This document shows, piece after piece, positions 33,974 through 44,920 of a stretch of DNA of 64,000 bases. The stretch is from contig CP120453.1 of NCBI GenBank assembly GCA_034226945.1, positions 930,001 to 994,000 of the forward strand, in the 5' to 3' direction. The DNA is from Picochlorum sp. SENEW3 (taxonomy: Eukaryota). The notes under the pieces are model-generated. The model did no database searches, had not been told where the DNA came from, and worked only from the letters and a program-made list of their open reading frames with translations. How positions within the stretch are numbered: position 1 is the first letter of the stretch; every line of letters starts with the position of its first letter. Made by a program: the position numbers and the translations under genes.

Positions 33974-36388
33974 ATGAATGAACAGGATGAATTGCGTTTG
34001 GAATTGAAGAGAGATTTTAGAGATTTTCTCGAACATGACTTTGGTGCCGAAAGACAGGGCGGGAAGTATGTGGATCAAATTCGTGGAATTTTGAAAAACT
34101 TCCACGTCTCAAAGGCTGTCAGACTGGATGTCGATTTACAAGGTACGAGTATGTATGTTGTAGAAACCGGAGATCTTTATAGAAGTGACATGAGATACCT
34201 GGCTGCAGATTTGGCCGATTTTAATGAGGACCTTCACAATAGAACAATGTCCAGTCCTGTGGACTGTCTTCCAGCATTTGAAGATGCTTTGGAAGCAGTC
34301 ATGTTGGATCAAGAGGGTGCGAACAAAATTCTCGAGGGTCACACGTCATATAATGTGACATTTTCTGGTGAATTTGGGGCTAATAAAGTTACCCCAAGGT
34401 GCCTTTGCTCAATTCATCTTGGCAAGCTTGTTGAAGTCAAGGGTATTGTGACAAAGTGTACACTTGTCAGACCCAAGATGGTCAAATCTGTGCACTACTG
34501 TCCAACCACCGGTGCAACAACATCTCGTGAATATAGAGATGTGACATCCAACAGAGGATTGCCGACTCCCACTGTGTACCCCACAAGGGACACAGAGGGA
34601 AATTTGCTGACAACACAGTTTGGTCTATGCACATTCATCGATCAGCAGGTTCTCACAGTGCAAGAATTGCCCGAGACCGCTCCTCCTGGTCAGCTGCCTA
34701 GGTCAGTTGACATTGTCTTGGAAGGTGATCTTCGTGATGCTGCAAAGCCAGGTGACCGAGTCACCTGTGTTGGAATCTACAAGCCTGTTCCTCCAAGAGC
34801 TTCTGGCTCAATCTCTGGCGTGTTCAGGGCTATTTTGGTGGCAAATGGTGTGAGATTATTGAACCAGGAAGCGACAGGACCCATGTTTACGGAGAATGAT
34901 TACGATAACATCACAGAACTGGCTAGTGAGGCTGATGTTATTGACCAGCTTGCTGCATCCTTGGCTCCGTCAATTTATGGATACTCTTGGATCAAGAAGG
35001 CCTTGATTCTTTTGCTCGCTGGGGGCCGCGAAAGAAAATTGCAGAATGGAACACATCTTCGTGGCGATGTCAATTGTTTATTGGTCGGAGATCCAGGAGT
35101 TGCAAAATCACAGATCTTGAGGGCAGTCATGAACATTGCACCATTGTGCATTTCTACAACTGGAAGGGGGAGTTCTGGTGTGGGTCTTACAGCCGCAGTT
35201 GTAACAGATCAGGATACAGGGGAGAGAAGATTGGAAGCTGGAGCCATGGTGTTGGCTGACAGAGGTGTGGTGTGCATTGATGAGTTTGATAAGATGAATG
35301 ATGGTGATCGAGTCGCTATCCACGAAGTCATGGAACAGCAGACAGTAACGATCGCGAAAGCAGGTATTTTGACCCAATTGAATGCACGATGCTCGGTTGT
35401 TGCGGCAGCAAATCCCATCTATGGGCATTATGATCGAACAATCTCCATCACTCGTAACATTGGTCTCCCAGACTCTCTCTTATCTCGTTTCGATCTTCTC
35501 TTCGTCGTTCTAGACAATAACGACGCAACTAGAGACAGAGAAATTGCAGACCATGTTCTTGGGCAACATCGATACAGGCCATCTGGAGATGATGGAACGG
35601 CTGTGCAGGATGATATGCTGATTGAGGAATTGAGGGATGATCACGATGACGAGAATGCAGAGACTCCAATGAGGGTCAAGTATGATTCTCGTCTTTATGG
35701 ACCACGTGTACGAGGAGCAAAGGATCCTTTATCGATTCCATTCTTGAAAAAATATCTGGCTTTTGCGAAACAGAGGTTCTCGTCCCCAGAAATGACACCA
35801 GAAGCATCCGAGGCAATTGCAGAGTACTATGCAGATCTCAGGAACTCAACAGAAGTCCAGGCTCTTCCGGTTACAGTTCGTACTCTCGAGACAATCATCA
35901 GACTTACATGTGCGCATGCCAAAGTTCGTTTGAGCCCAATGGTTGAATTGAAGGATGTGGAAGAAGTCCAATCAATTGTCGACATGATCCTGAAGAGTGA
36001 CCCAAGTGCTACTAATGAAAAGGCAGGAAATCATTCCAGGCGAGGAGACCGTCGAACAAAACGTGCTCGAGATGATGATGACGATGATGAAGACGATGAC
36101 GATGATGATATGAGTGAAGATGTGAGCGATGATGAGGAAGAAGAGCCCAGGGCTAGTGGACAAGAGCCAGGCCAGGGCTCTACACCTGTATCTGGAGAAG
36201 ATATTAGATCAGTAGTAATGGAGCTGGGCCACTTAAACAGCGGCAGTGCATCCATCACAGGGGTGATTGCAACCCTCAAGTCTCGCAAGATCGAAGTCAC
36301 TCGAGAAGCTGTCATCAGTATCCTCAACGAATTGGAAAGCGCTGACAAAATCACAATGGAAGGAGAGGACTTTTATCTTTCAACCTGA
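33974..36388 (+). CDS. MCM3: DNA replication licensing factor MCM3 (in-frame 66-nt intron 34143-34208)
   Basis: SVHYCP, QELPETAPPGQLPRS, Walker A GDPGVAKS, IDEFDKM, arginine finger SRFDLLF and NGTHLRGDVN. Confidence 0.96.
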   Translation: MNEQDELRLELKRDFRDFLEHDFGAERQGGKYVDQIRGILKNFHVSKAVRLDVDLQGTSMYVVETGDLYRSDMRYLAADLADFNEDLHNRTMSSPVDCLPAFEDALEAVMLDQEGANKILEGHTSYNVTFSGEFGANKVTPRCLCSIHLGKLVEVKGIVTKCTLVRPKMVKSVHYCPTTGATTSREYRDVTSNRGLPTPTVYPTRDTEGNLLTTQFGLCTFIDQQVLTVQELPETAPPGQLPRSVDIVLEGDLRDAAKPGDRVTCVGIYKPVPPRASGSISGVFRAILVANGVRLLNQEATGPMFTENDYDNITELASEADVIDQLAASLAPSIYGYSWIKKALILLLAGGRERKLQNGTHLRGDVNCLLVGDPGVAKSQILRAVMNIAPLCISTTGRGSSGVGLTAAVVTDQDTGERRLEAGAMVLADRGVVCIDEFDKMNDGDRVAIHEVMEQQTVTIAKAGILTQLNARCSVVAAANPIYGHYDRTISITRNIGLPDSLLSRFDLLFVVLDNNDATRDREIADHVLGQHRYRPSGDDGTAVQDDMLIEELRDDHDDENAETPMRVKYDSRLYGPRVRGAKDPLSIPFLKKYLAFAKQRFSSPEMTPEASEAIAEYYADLRNSTEVQALPVTVRTLETIIRLTCAHAKVRLSPMVELKDVEEVQSIVDMILKSDPSATNEKAGNHSRRGDRRTKRARDDDDDDEDDDDDDMSEDVSDDEEEEPRASGQEPGQGSTPVSGEDIRSVVMELGHLNSGSASITGVIATLKSRKIEVTREAVISILNELESADKITMEGEDFYLST

Positions 36389-36430
36389 TGCTGTTTGCTA
36401 CACTATCTTTCCATCAATTAAAATTGTAAT

Positions 36431-37543
36431 ATGAATAACCGGATGTGTTCCGAAGGAAATACAAGATCGTGGGAAAAGAGGGTCCGCGTGTTTTCAAACC
36501 AAATAAACAAAGTCAATGCGACTCAAGGACAAAACAATAGTGAAAGCCGGTTCTCTCTTAATGAGACACGTAGTAAATTAGATCGTTCTGCGTCGAATGC
36601 CGAGGACATTCGTTCCATCGGTGAGCAAGTTCCTGCTTTTGAACCTGGAAGACACCTGCTCAATAGGCGCATTATTGTGACCGGTGCTGGGTCTGGTATC
36701 GGGTATGCAGCAGCTATTTTGTTTGCCTGTCATGGTGCCAATCTAGTGCTGTGTGATCTTGATGGTGAGAAGTTACAAGGGGCGGTAGACTTCATCAGGA
36801 ATGGGCCAGGAAGGGATCATAAGCAATGGTTACGGAAACGTTCAGGTGAATTCTATCTGGCTGACTCAGGACCCCATCAATGCGTGGCATTAGCAGGAGA
36901 TGTAACTGATCCAGAATACGTGAAAAGAGTGATAGAAACAGCTGTTGAGAAATTTGGTGGCATCGATGATGTCGTGCTGAATGCAGGTTTTACATGGGAT
37001 GGCACTGTACACAAAATGAAGGATAGTCAGTGGAAGGCAATGCTCGATGTGCATTTGACTGCGCCATTTCTAATGATTCGGCAGATTGCTCCTTACATGA
37101 GAGGAGCTGCGAAAGAAGAGATAGAAAAAATGGGATACGCTCGGAGCAGAAGTATTCTGACGGTTTCATCTGTGAGTGGAGTGCATGGGAATGCAGGACA
37201 GACCAATTATGCAGCTGCCAAGGCTGGTATTGTGGGTTTGACTAAATCATTGGCTAAAGAGTGGGGTTCTTTTAACATAAGAGCAAACTGTCTGGTATTT
37301 GGTCATATCAAAACCAGGCTGACACAAAATATGGACAAAGGAGCAAGCATACAGTACAAGGGCGAAAGCGTGAAACTTGGTATTCCAGTTGATGGAATGG
37401 GAGATATTGTTAGCAATATGACAGCTTTAAAGCGACCAGGTCTCGCAGAAGAGGCTGCGGGAGCTATGTTGATGCTCACAGGTCCATATGCGAGTTATAT
37501 TACAGGACAGGCCATAGAAGTTACTGGGGGAGGATGGCTATGA
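36431..37543 (+). CDS. Short-chain dehydrogenase/reductase (3-oxoacyl reductase-like), possible PTS2
   Basis: TGAGSGIG, NAGFTWDG, YAAAK and ITGQAIEVTGG. Start may be 36431 or 36443. Confidence 0.88.
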   Translation: MNNRMCSEGNTRSWEKRVRVFSNQINKVNATQGQNNSESRFSLNETRSKLDRSASNAEDIRSIGEQVPAFEPGRHLLNRRIIVTGAGSGIGYAAAILFACHGANLVLCDLDGEKLQGAVDFIRNGPGRDHKQWLRKRSGEFYLADSGPHQCVALAGDVTDPEYVKRVIETAVEKFGGIDDVVLNAGFTWDGTVHKMKDSQWKAMLDVHLTAPFLMIRQIAPYMRGAAKEEIEKMGYARSRSILTVSSVSGVHGNAGQTNYAAAKAGIVGLTKSLAKEWGSFNIRANCLVFGHIKTRLTQNMDKGASIQYKGESVKLGIPVDGMGDIVSNMTALKRPGLAEEAAGAMLMLTGPYASYITGQAIEVTGGGWL

Positions 37544-37545
37544 CA

Positions 37546-40500
37546 TCATCTTCCCGAATAGGAATCAATGTATCCACCGACCAACTTTTGGATGCTCTCC
37601 CTTCTTGCTTTGTAAAATTTCCTCCAATCATCATAATCTTTCTCCGATGTTTTAATCATCACTTTGTCGCTAGCTTTTTTCATGATGGCCTTGTATGCAT
37701 CTTTCGAAATTCTCCTGGACTCGTAGTGAGGCTTCAGGAGCTCTGCAATGTAGCCATCAACCTTTTTCTTCAACATGTCTTTGTTACTGGAGATCTTTGC
37801 TTTAGGCTTCTTCCTCTTATTACGGAGAGAGTCTCTATACTCTTCAAAGGTACTGTAGGCCGGAGTATCATTAATGAGCTCTGATGCATCTGTCGCCTGG
37901 GCCTCTGCTTGAGCTCGCAACCTCTCAGCTTCCTCTTCCAGTGCCTTCAATTCTGCTTCTGCTTCGGCCAACTTTTGCTTGGTGTCATCATCGATTTCTG
38001 CTTCAGCTTGCGCAATTCGAGGTTTAAACTTTTTCAAAACAGGAGAGATGATGTAGTCATCCTCTATATTTGTTTCCAGACTCATAAGTTTCTCAATCAC
38101 TCTTTTCGCTGCCAACTTGACGTCGGGATCGGCGTGTTGCGTTCCGATCTTTTTGCAAACCAGCAAAAGTCTAGATTTTCCCGCTTGAAGTTGAACCTTG
38201 CTTAAATCTGTGGCTGCAAAGGTTTTGAGCAGCGAGAGTACAACGTGTGAGAGCATTTGTGCAAGTGAAGCATCTTCTAGCCAGCTCAACAGGATGGACA
38301 AGCATTTTTCGTCCTCGTAGATATTCTTCAAAGCCTCTTGTGAAGCCTCAATCATGCAATGGGCAAGAGCCTGCTGTATTGATGTTCCTTCTGCCGCCTG
38401 AAGGCTCGAAAGAACAACTGACGTGTCCTTATTCTCAGCTGCCAATAAGCCACGCCACATGTCCTTGACAGCAGCACGCTTTGCATTCCTGGAAATCATT
38501 TCCTCTTCCATTCTTGCAAAATCTCTTCCCATTGCTTTTCGTGTCTGGTATTCGATATCATTATCAGTATTATCCTCTCGTGTCACAGATTTTCGCTTGT
38601 GATTCTGCACCACTGGTTCCTGGTACTTCTCAGAAGCCATTTCAAGAAGTCTGGACACCTCGCGCAACCCTGTCAGCATTGCACCACCGACTGTGTCAGG
38701 ATGCTCTCGGCATGTATGCTCTCCTGCAAAGAAGATTTTTCGCCCCACTGGGCGTGCTAAGAGGTCGTAATCGTTCCCAGATGAACCAACAGCGACATAA
38801 GAGTATGAGCCACGTGCATGTGGATCTGATGCCCAACGTGTTACATGATGGGCAAGTGGCTCCGGTACTTCTGTACCATTGAATATCGACCTCAAGGTTT
38901 CCATAGCGACATGCTTCAGATCTTCCTCAGAGGTTGTTTCATTCGCTTCTGCAGATCTTCCAGAAACCAAGGCAGCCAAAATGGGTGTCCCACTGAATCG
39001 ATGGATATTCCAAAACATGAAGCAGCATCCACGAGTAGATTCCGTCGTGCCTTTAGCTGCTCCAAAGAAATCCACGGATTCATCCCAGAAAACTCGATCA
39101 AATTGCAAGAAAACTTTGTCCAATTTGCCAAATCCCAATCTATCAATGGCCTCTTTCTTCCACTGTGGCAAATCAGGAATGAATTTGACCACCTGTTCTT
39201 TTAAAACACCAAGAGGAGTAGTAATTATTGTCGCATCGCAAGAAAAGTCCAAACCAGATTTTGTTCGAATCACAACGCTGTTGTTCCGCTTCTCATCATC
39301 AACAACAACTTGTTCTACTTCCTCATTAAGCCTCACATCAACAAGTTTTGAGATGAAACTAAATGGTTGATCATAGCCTCCAACCACAAAGCAGTGCGGT
39401 CCACCAAATCCACCATAATCTTCATCCTGATTCCAATGGGCTGCTGACAGCGACCTTAGAGGTGCAGAGCAACCATATTCTAGATTTGCCCAGTGCCACC
39501 CTAGCAATCTATGATGGTCCTCTGTCAAATCTTGGGGATACAGAGAAGGCGGAAATTCATCATCACTCACCACATCCTCGACCTTCAAAGTAAGAGAAAC
39601 TTTCACAAAACCAAACTCTCCTGTCTCTATCCTAACTTTTACTGCTATTGCATCTGAATCACTTGTATTTCTCTGAATTCGTTCATCAACTTTTTTAATC
39701 GTTTCCTCTTTCCATAAGTTCTCAGCTTGGTCCAGCAGCACACCAAAGGAAGCATTCTCCTGGTCCTCTAATGGCATGTTCTCCAAGTACGCTGCTGCTC
39801 GATCCAGCATCTCATCCCTTATTTTCTCAACCATGGTGTCCAGATCAGAATCCACCAGTCTTTGGTGCTTCACATCATAAATCGGCAGCGTCTCACTTCG
39901 AAGCTCATGGAGCTTTAGACCAAGCTGCGTGCAAAGAAGAGAAGATGGATCTGCCCTCAGACCCTTCCTTGGGTCTGTTCTTGCACCAGTAATGATTGAT
40001 GCACCAAGGTCGATTGGAGCACCAAAATTTTCCTTTTTAAGTGAGTTAATTCGACCTCCAACCCTATCACGCGCCTCTAGAACAGTAACCTGATACCCAT
40101 GCCGCTTTAAATGCAATGCAGCTGTTAATCCAGCAGGACCTCCACCCACCACCACAACCTTTCCCTTGTTTGTCCTCTTTTTATACTCTGCAGATGGCCC
40201 TCCATTATCAAGATATTTTGCCACTAATTGCTTAATAAGCGCCTTTCGTGGCTTCATACTCACTCCAAAATGTTCCGAAAGAGCATTTCGCAGCATTTTT
40301 TCACTCGTTGAATCCATATCCACATGCTTCAGAATAGAATACAAGGCCCCTTCAACCGCCTCATCACTAGGCTCTGGCTCCTCAGCACTGCTCTCATCCC
40401 TCGGAAATTGTGACACTGCCACAGGAATGAGTGGATCATTTTTCAAAATACCAATGTTGATGCAGCCTTGTTGATGCAAAAAGTCATATACCTGTTCAAC

Positions 40501-40896
40501 AAAATCTACGTCATCTTCCCCATCATATGAACCTACACATGCAGCTTTTGACAAGTATACTGTCGGATTTCTATACCACACACGCAACACATAATCCCGA
40601 GCTTTCAAATACCGAGCTCTATTCCCTCCATACTTTTTCTTCTCAGATGCCAGAGTCAATATCCCAGGTTTCAGTCCAGATGCCACAGTAGCCTCAAATG
40701 AAAGCCGCGCAACATCATGCATCGCATCAAATCCCTCCTCCACATCTTTACTTGTTCTCTTTCTACGTATTCTACCACCCCTGTGATGCCTATTCCTCTG
40801 TTCTTGAACAGCAACGTCCCTCTTGTCAACAACCGTATCCTTGATATCCTCCATCTTCACCTCTTCCGCTCCATTCAAAGCCGGCATATTCTCCAT
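37546..40896 (-). CDS. Lysine-specific histone demethylase, LSD1-like (LDL3-type): SWIRM, DEK-C-like, amine oxidase, C-terminal SRI-like domain
   Basis: SWIRM YLKARDYVLRVW...FLHQQGCINIG. FAD motif GGGPAG...EARDRVGGR. DLGASIITG, WHWANLEYGC, FAGEHTCREHPDTVGGA. C-terminal LLKPHYESRRISKDAYKAIMKK. Confidence 0.9.
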   Translation of the reverse strand: MENMPALNGAEEVKMEDIKDTVVDKRDVAVQEQRNRHHRGGRIRRKRTSKDVEEGFDAMHDVARLSFEATVASGLKPGILTLASEKKKYGGNRARYLKARDYVLRVWYRNPTVYLSKAACVGSYDGEDDVDFVEQVYDFLHQQGCINIGILKNDPLIPVAVSQFPRDESSAEEPEPSDEAVEGALYSILKHVDMDSTSEKMLRNALSEHFGVSMKPRKALIKQLVAKYLDNGGPSAEYKKRTNKGKVVVVGGGPAGLTAALHLKRHGYQVTVLEARDRVGGRINSLKKENFGAPIDLGASIITGARTDPRKGLRADPSSLLCTQLGLKLHELRSETLPIYDVKHQRLVDSDLDTMVEKIRDEMLDRAAAYLENMPLEDQENASFGVLLDQAENLWKEETIKKVDERIQRNTSDSDAIAVKVRIETGEFGFVKVSLTLKVEDVVSDDEFPPSLYPQDLTEDHHRLLGWHWANLEYGCSAPLRSLSAAHWNQDEDYGGFGGPHCFVVGGYDQPFSFISKLVDVRLNEEVEQVVVDDEKRNNSVVIRTKSGLDFSCDATIITTPLGVLKEQVVKFIPDLPQWKKEAIDRLGFGKLDKVFLQFDRVFWDESVDFFGAAKGTTESTRGCCFMFWNIHRFSGTPILAALVSGRSAEANETTSEEDLKHVAMETLRSIFNGTEVPEPLAHHVTRWASDPHARGSYSYVAVGSSGNDYDLLARPVGRKIFFAGEHTCREHPDTVGGAMLTGLREVSRLLEMASEKYQEPVVQNHKRKSVTREDNTDNDIEYQTRKAMGRDFARMEEEMISRNAKRAAVKDMWRGLLAAENKDTSVVLSSLQAAEGTSIQQALAHCMIEASQEALKNIYEDEKCLSILLSWLEDASLAQMLSHVVLSLLKTFAATDLSKVQLQAGKSRLLLVCKKIGTQHADPDVKLAAKRVIEKLMSLETNIEDDYIISPVLKKFKPRIAQAEAEIDDDTKQKLAEAEAELKALEEEAERLRAQAEAQATDASELINDTPAYSTFEEYRDSLRNKRKKPKAKISSNKDMLKKKVDGYIAELLKPHYESRRISKDAYKAIMKKASDKVMIKTSEKDYDDWRKFYKARRESIQKLVGGYIDSYSGR

Positions 40897-41195
40897 GGTA
40901 TAGAAATCAATACGAGTATCAGATCACAAAATCACCCGCAACAGGTATACCAAGCAACCTGTGGATCTTAAGCAAACAACCAGACCAGTCTCTCTGATGC
41001 CGATAGAACCTGGTACGAATTGATTAGTGATCATGAATACAGAGATAATATAATTCCGATCATTGCAAGCGCATCTTGATGAAATGTATTCACATGCAGC
41101 GCGTCAGATTATATATTTATTTACGGAATCCGGTACGTTCAAACTTTTGAACACAAAATTGTCATTACAGGGCATCTGCAACAGTATTAAATATA

Positions 41196-44100
41196 TTATT
41201 TATTACCTGAATGAATGAACGGAAGGATCCAATGGCGGCCTTTGTCTCTGTAGGCGTCAATATTCACCATTGACGTTGCTAAACAACTCACTTCCCGAAT
41301 ACTACGCGTGAGCATGCCATACCAGAGAAGGTACCTCAGGTCACTGTATGAAAGGTCTCTGGTTTCTCTGAGCAACGGGAGAGTCTCAACGTAGAGATCG
41401 AAGAGTCGTCTCCTTTCTTCCTCTGCGAGTGCCAGTTTGTTCCTGAGCCTAGCAAGATCTTCATCGTGAACTCGTTTGCTGACAAATATCTGAATCAACG
41501 CTTGACACACATCAGATGCAGCATACAGACAAGCTTCTGTTGGTTCAAACATGCGAGCTTTGAGCTGGTGTGAGATACCATTGCTGCTTTCCCTGAGGAA
41601 AGAGCTACGGATAACACGTCCTGCTATTGCGACATAACTTCCGATTCTAATCACGTCTTTGAAAACCAATTTCAGTGAATCAGGCAGTGGAATCAGGGTA
41701 ATTCTCAGAAAGAACATGTAATGATGATCAAAGGCTCTTGTTTCCACCTCTGTGTAAATTCTTGAAAGAATTCCCAGTCTGGTAGCCATGGTCTGTAACA
41801 TGTGTGCATTCCACTCCTTGTGATCCTCTGCCGAAACTCCGATATATGTATATGATGTATTCATGTGTTTAGAAGAGTCATTATCTGGTTTGAGTTCTTG
41901 CTGTTCCTGCTTTGAGATCATATCAGACCCTTTCCAAAAACATGTTTGGATGCTATGCATGTAGGATTGCAGCAAAGACCCCTCCAATTCGAATGCGACC
42001 TCAGAAGAATAACATGGAAATACTACATTGCTCACGATGAATGCGTATATTGCCCCCAAGGCCGTGCTTACTGCTTTTCCTCCAAACAATTGCACAGTCC
42101 CTGGTGTACAACAAATTCCAGTATAACTGCAGACAAACACCCCGTTGAACGTATATACGAAAAGAAACAAGCTATATCTAAAGTCAAAGCTAATTGGAGA
42201 GAAAAGACCGCAAAAGCCATTCACTAGGATAGTAATCATGGTCACGAAATATGGATTCTGCACCAGTGATCCATTCACAGTTGCAGCATAGCCCAGGCTT
42301 CCTCCAATTGCAATAAGCGATACTCTGAGAACAGCTTTGATAACAGAGGCATCAACTGTATCCTGGGTGCATATTGCTACGGCGAGGACAAAATAATAAG
42401 GTTGCCAATTTGTAAACCATGTGGCAACAGCAGAGGCGTCTGTAACATAGCTCCCTGTGTTTGCATAACAATACCAGCCGATCAAAATTATTCCCACAAC
42501 AGCCAGATTGTATGCTACAAAAAGCTTGAAGTATAACTGATGCTGTCGTCGTCGTGCCGATGCCAAGACAAGGTCCGGCTTATCCTGGTCAACATTGACA
42601 CCACGAATAAAATCCCTTACATTGCACAGCAGCTGAGTGATTCCTTTTCTTTGAAAGTTCCATATATGGAGCCCAAGCGCATCACAAAGTATCTTCAAAG
42701 GAGAAGATATATATGGTTGTGTCCACGCATAGTCATACATCGCTCTCCAGGTTGATGTATGGCAGGAAGGGTCTCCAGAAGAATCATCCTTGTTGTCTTC
42801 AACCAAGCTGTAGATATCCGTGTCTGTTATTTCTAACGCCCGAGACACTGCAATTTCAATACCAATCAGTTCATCTATCATGCTTTCAAAGGACGCTAGC
42901 ATCGCAATTCCGGCACCTCGCTGGTCACCTGCTTCTAATGGTTCTGCTTGCAAGGCCTTGGTGATGCCACTGAATGCACTTTCTCTGAGGAGACTGAGGG
43001 TCTCTTTGATACAATCAGACACGAGTTTCATTTGAGCATCCCAAAATTTCAAAGAGTGAGGTCTCCAAGATACTGCGTCCCCACTGCATGGTCCAAACAG
43101 CGGCATATGCTTCAAAGGCACCTCCATAGATGCCAGTACCGAGGCCATCATGGCTGAGACTTTGCTCGCAACATTAAAAATTAATTTCTCTGTATCACTG
43201 ATAGAAGAATCTTTCTTTGCAACATTATTCAATATAACATATGCCATTGTCTCGAATTCCTTGAGCGTACTCAAAAACACCTGCACCTTTCCAATGGCAT
43301 TCGCATACTTGAATCTGTTTGCTCCAACCTGAGAGCTAAGCATTGGCCAGGGCGGTTCAAATGCACACATCGAATTCGAGGTCTGTGCACCCAATGACAT
43401 TCGCATGATGTCTCTTGGCGTCTTCACAAATCTTTTGGAAATCGCATCATTCTTCCAACGGCCAATGTCAGTCTTGTAATCTTTGGTAACAGATGCTACA
43501 TGAAACCCTGAGGAAAGTTTGGTGAAAAGCTTGCCCATCTCGATAAAAATATCTCCAATCTGCTCTCGAACTTGGTCATGGGACGATTTGACATACACAA
43601 AAGTGCTATTCACAACCAATGCCAGCAAAACCACTGCATTCATTTTGATGAATGGGGAGTATCCTAGGGTCCAAAACTCATACTGACCCAAGGTTGGCAT
43701 TAGCCCCATTCCTACAAGGGTAACGACAGAAAAGTAAATTTGGCAGATACTAGCATGCAGTACATCTATTCCAGGTATTGTCGCTCTTGTATACATCAGG
43801 AAAATAGAAACGGTAATGTGCAGCATCATCAGCAAAATCCAGAATGCAGATGACAATGTCACATCAGCTCCATTCTCGAGTCCAGAAAGGCCATCCAGAG
43901 GTACAGATGATCCCCGTGCCAGCCATGATATACTCACAATCGCAAAACCCAAAAGTCCACCAGTCAACGTGACAGCAATCCAAATCAAACCACCAAATAT
44001 ACGACCGCCAATGCTTCTGTCAATAGAAAAAGCCTGAGAAGACACCCCATAGAACACTGCCGCTTCACATGCCTCATTGAACGAAATCGAGCGCACAACC

Positions 44101-44300
44101 AAGAATAATAATGGAATGATGACGCCGATAGCGTTCTGAGCAGCCCATTTCACAGCCTCTGTCGAAGTGAGAACGTCTCGCAAGGTTGAAGAAAAACGCA
44201 TGGAAAACTTCACCCTGACCTGCAATCAATCACCCGTTCATAGGGATCTATGCATTAAGTAACTTACATCAGTGATAATGTCCCGATATATAGGGTACAT
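41196..44300 (-). CDS. Polytopic membrane protein, FUSC/ALMT-like (aromatic acid exporter superfamily); possible exon 44300-44268 plus exon 44219-41196
   Basis: About 1000 aa with two clusters of TM helices, each followed by a soluble helical domain. LRVSLIAIGGSLG and VSNVVFP motifs. Start is uncertain (alternative ATG near 44201). Confidence 0.6.
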
Positions 44301-44474
44301 AAACCTTTACTACAAACAGTCATAAAGGCAGATGAGCAAATCTGTTTAACACAATGTCCTTCATTAGAACATTAAATAATCGGCCAACCTCATGAGGAAG
44401 CTCGTGCTCTCTTGGGAACAAACACAGATGAGTTTGGGTGGAATTTATATTAAAATTTTCATTACAGTGTCAAT

Positions 44475-44909
44475 ATGAGTGACCCAGAAGCTGTTGCCAA
44501 GGCCTTTACTGATCATTATTACTCGACCTTTGACAACAACAGATCAGGTCTGGCTGGATTGTACCAGGATCAGTCCATTCTCACTTTTGAGGGACAGAAA
44601 TTCCAGGGAACACAGCAAATTACAGAAAAACTCGGTGGATTGCCTTTCCAGTCGTGCCAGCATCGTGTTGTGTCACTGGATGCTCAGCCATCTGTTGGAG
44701 GTGGAATTCTCGTTTTTGTCACCGGTCAGCTTTTGGTACGTAAGAGAGTGACACAACTATATACATAAATAGTTACTCATAGTTATCTTGCTATAATGTA
44801 GACTGATGGGGAGTCCAAACCTTTGAATTTTAGCCAGGCTTTTCACTTGATGCCTGTTGGGTCTAGTTTTGTGGTGACCAATGATTTGTTTAGACTGAAT
44901 TACGGGTAA
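44475..44909 (+). CDS. NTF2: Nuclear transport factor 2 (exons 44475-44735, 44802-44909)
   Basis: [42 protein letters not shown] and [14 protein letters not shown] at 44910-44914. Confidence 0.95.
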
Positions 44910-44920
44910 TGTAATACTAC

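Noticed and set aside
34143..34208. Apparent 22-aa insertion in MCM3 (and a 23-aa insertion in the PHD finger at 58211-58279)
   Set aside because: Both are stop-free introns with lengths divisible by three and canonical GT-AG ends, not novel protein insertions.
36070..36140. GAT/GAC/GAA trinucleotide run
   Set aside because: It encodes the acidic Asp/Glu tract of MCM3 and is not an independent repeat element.
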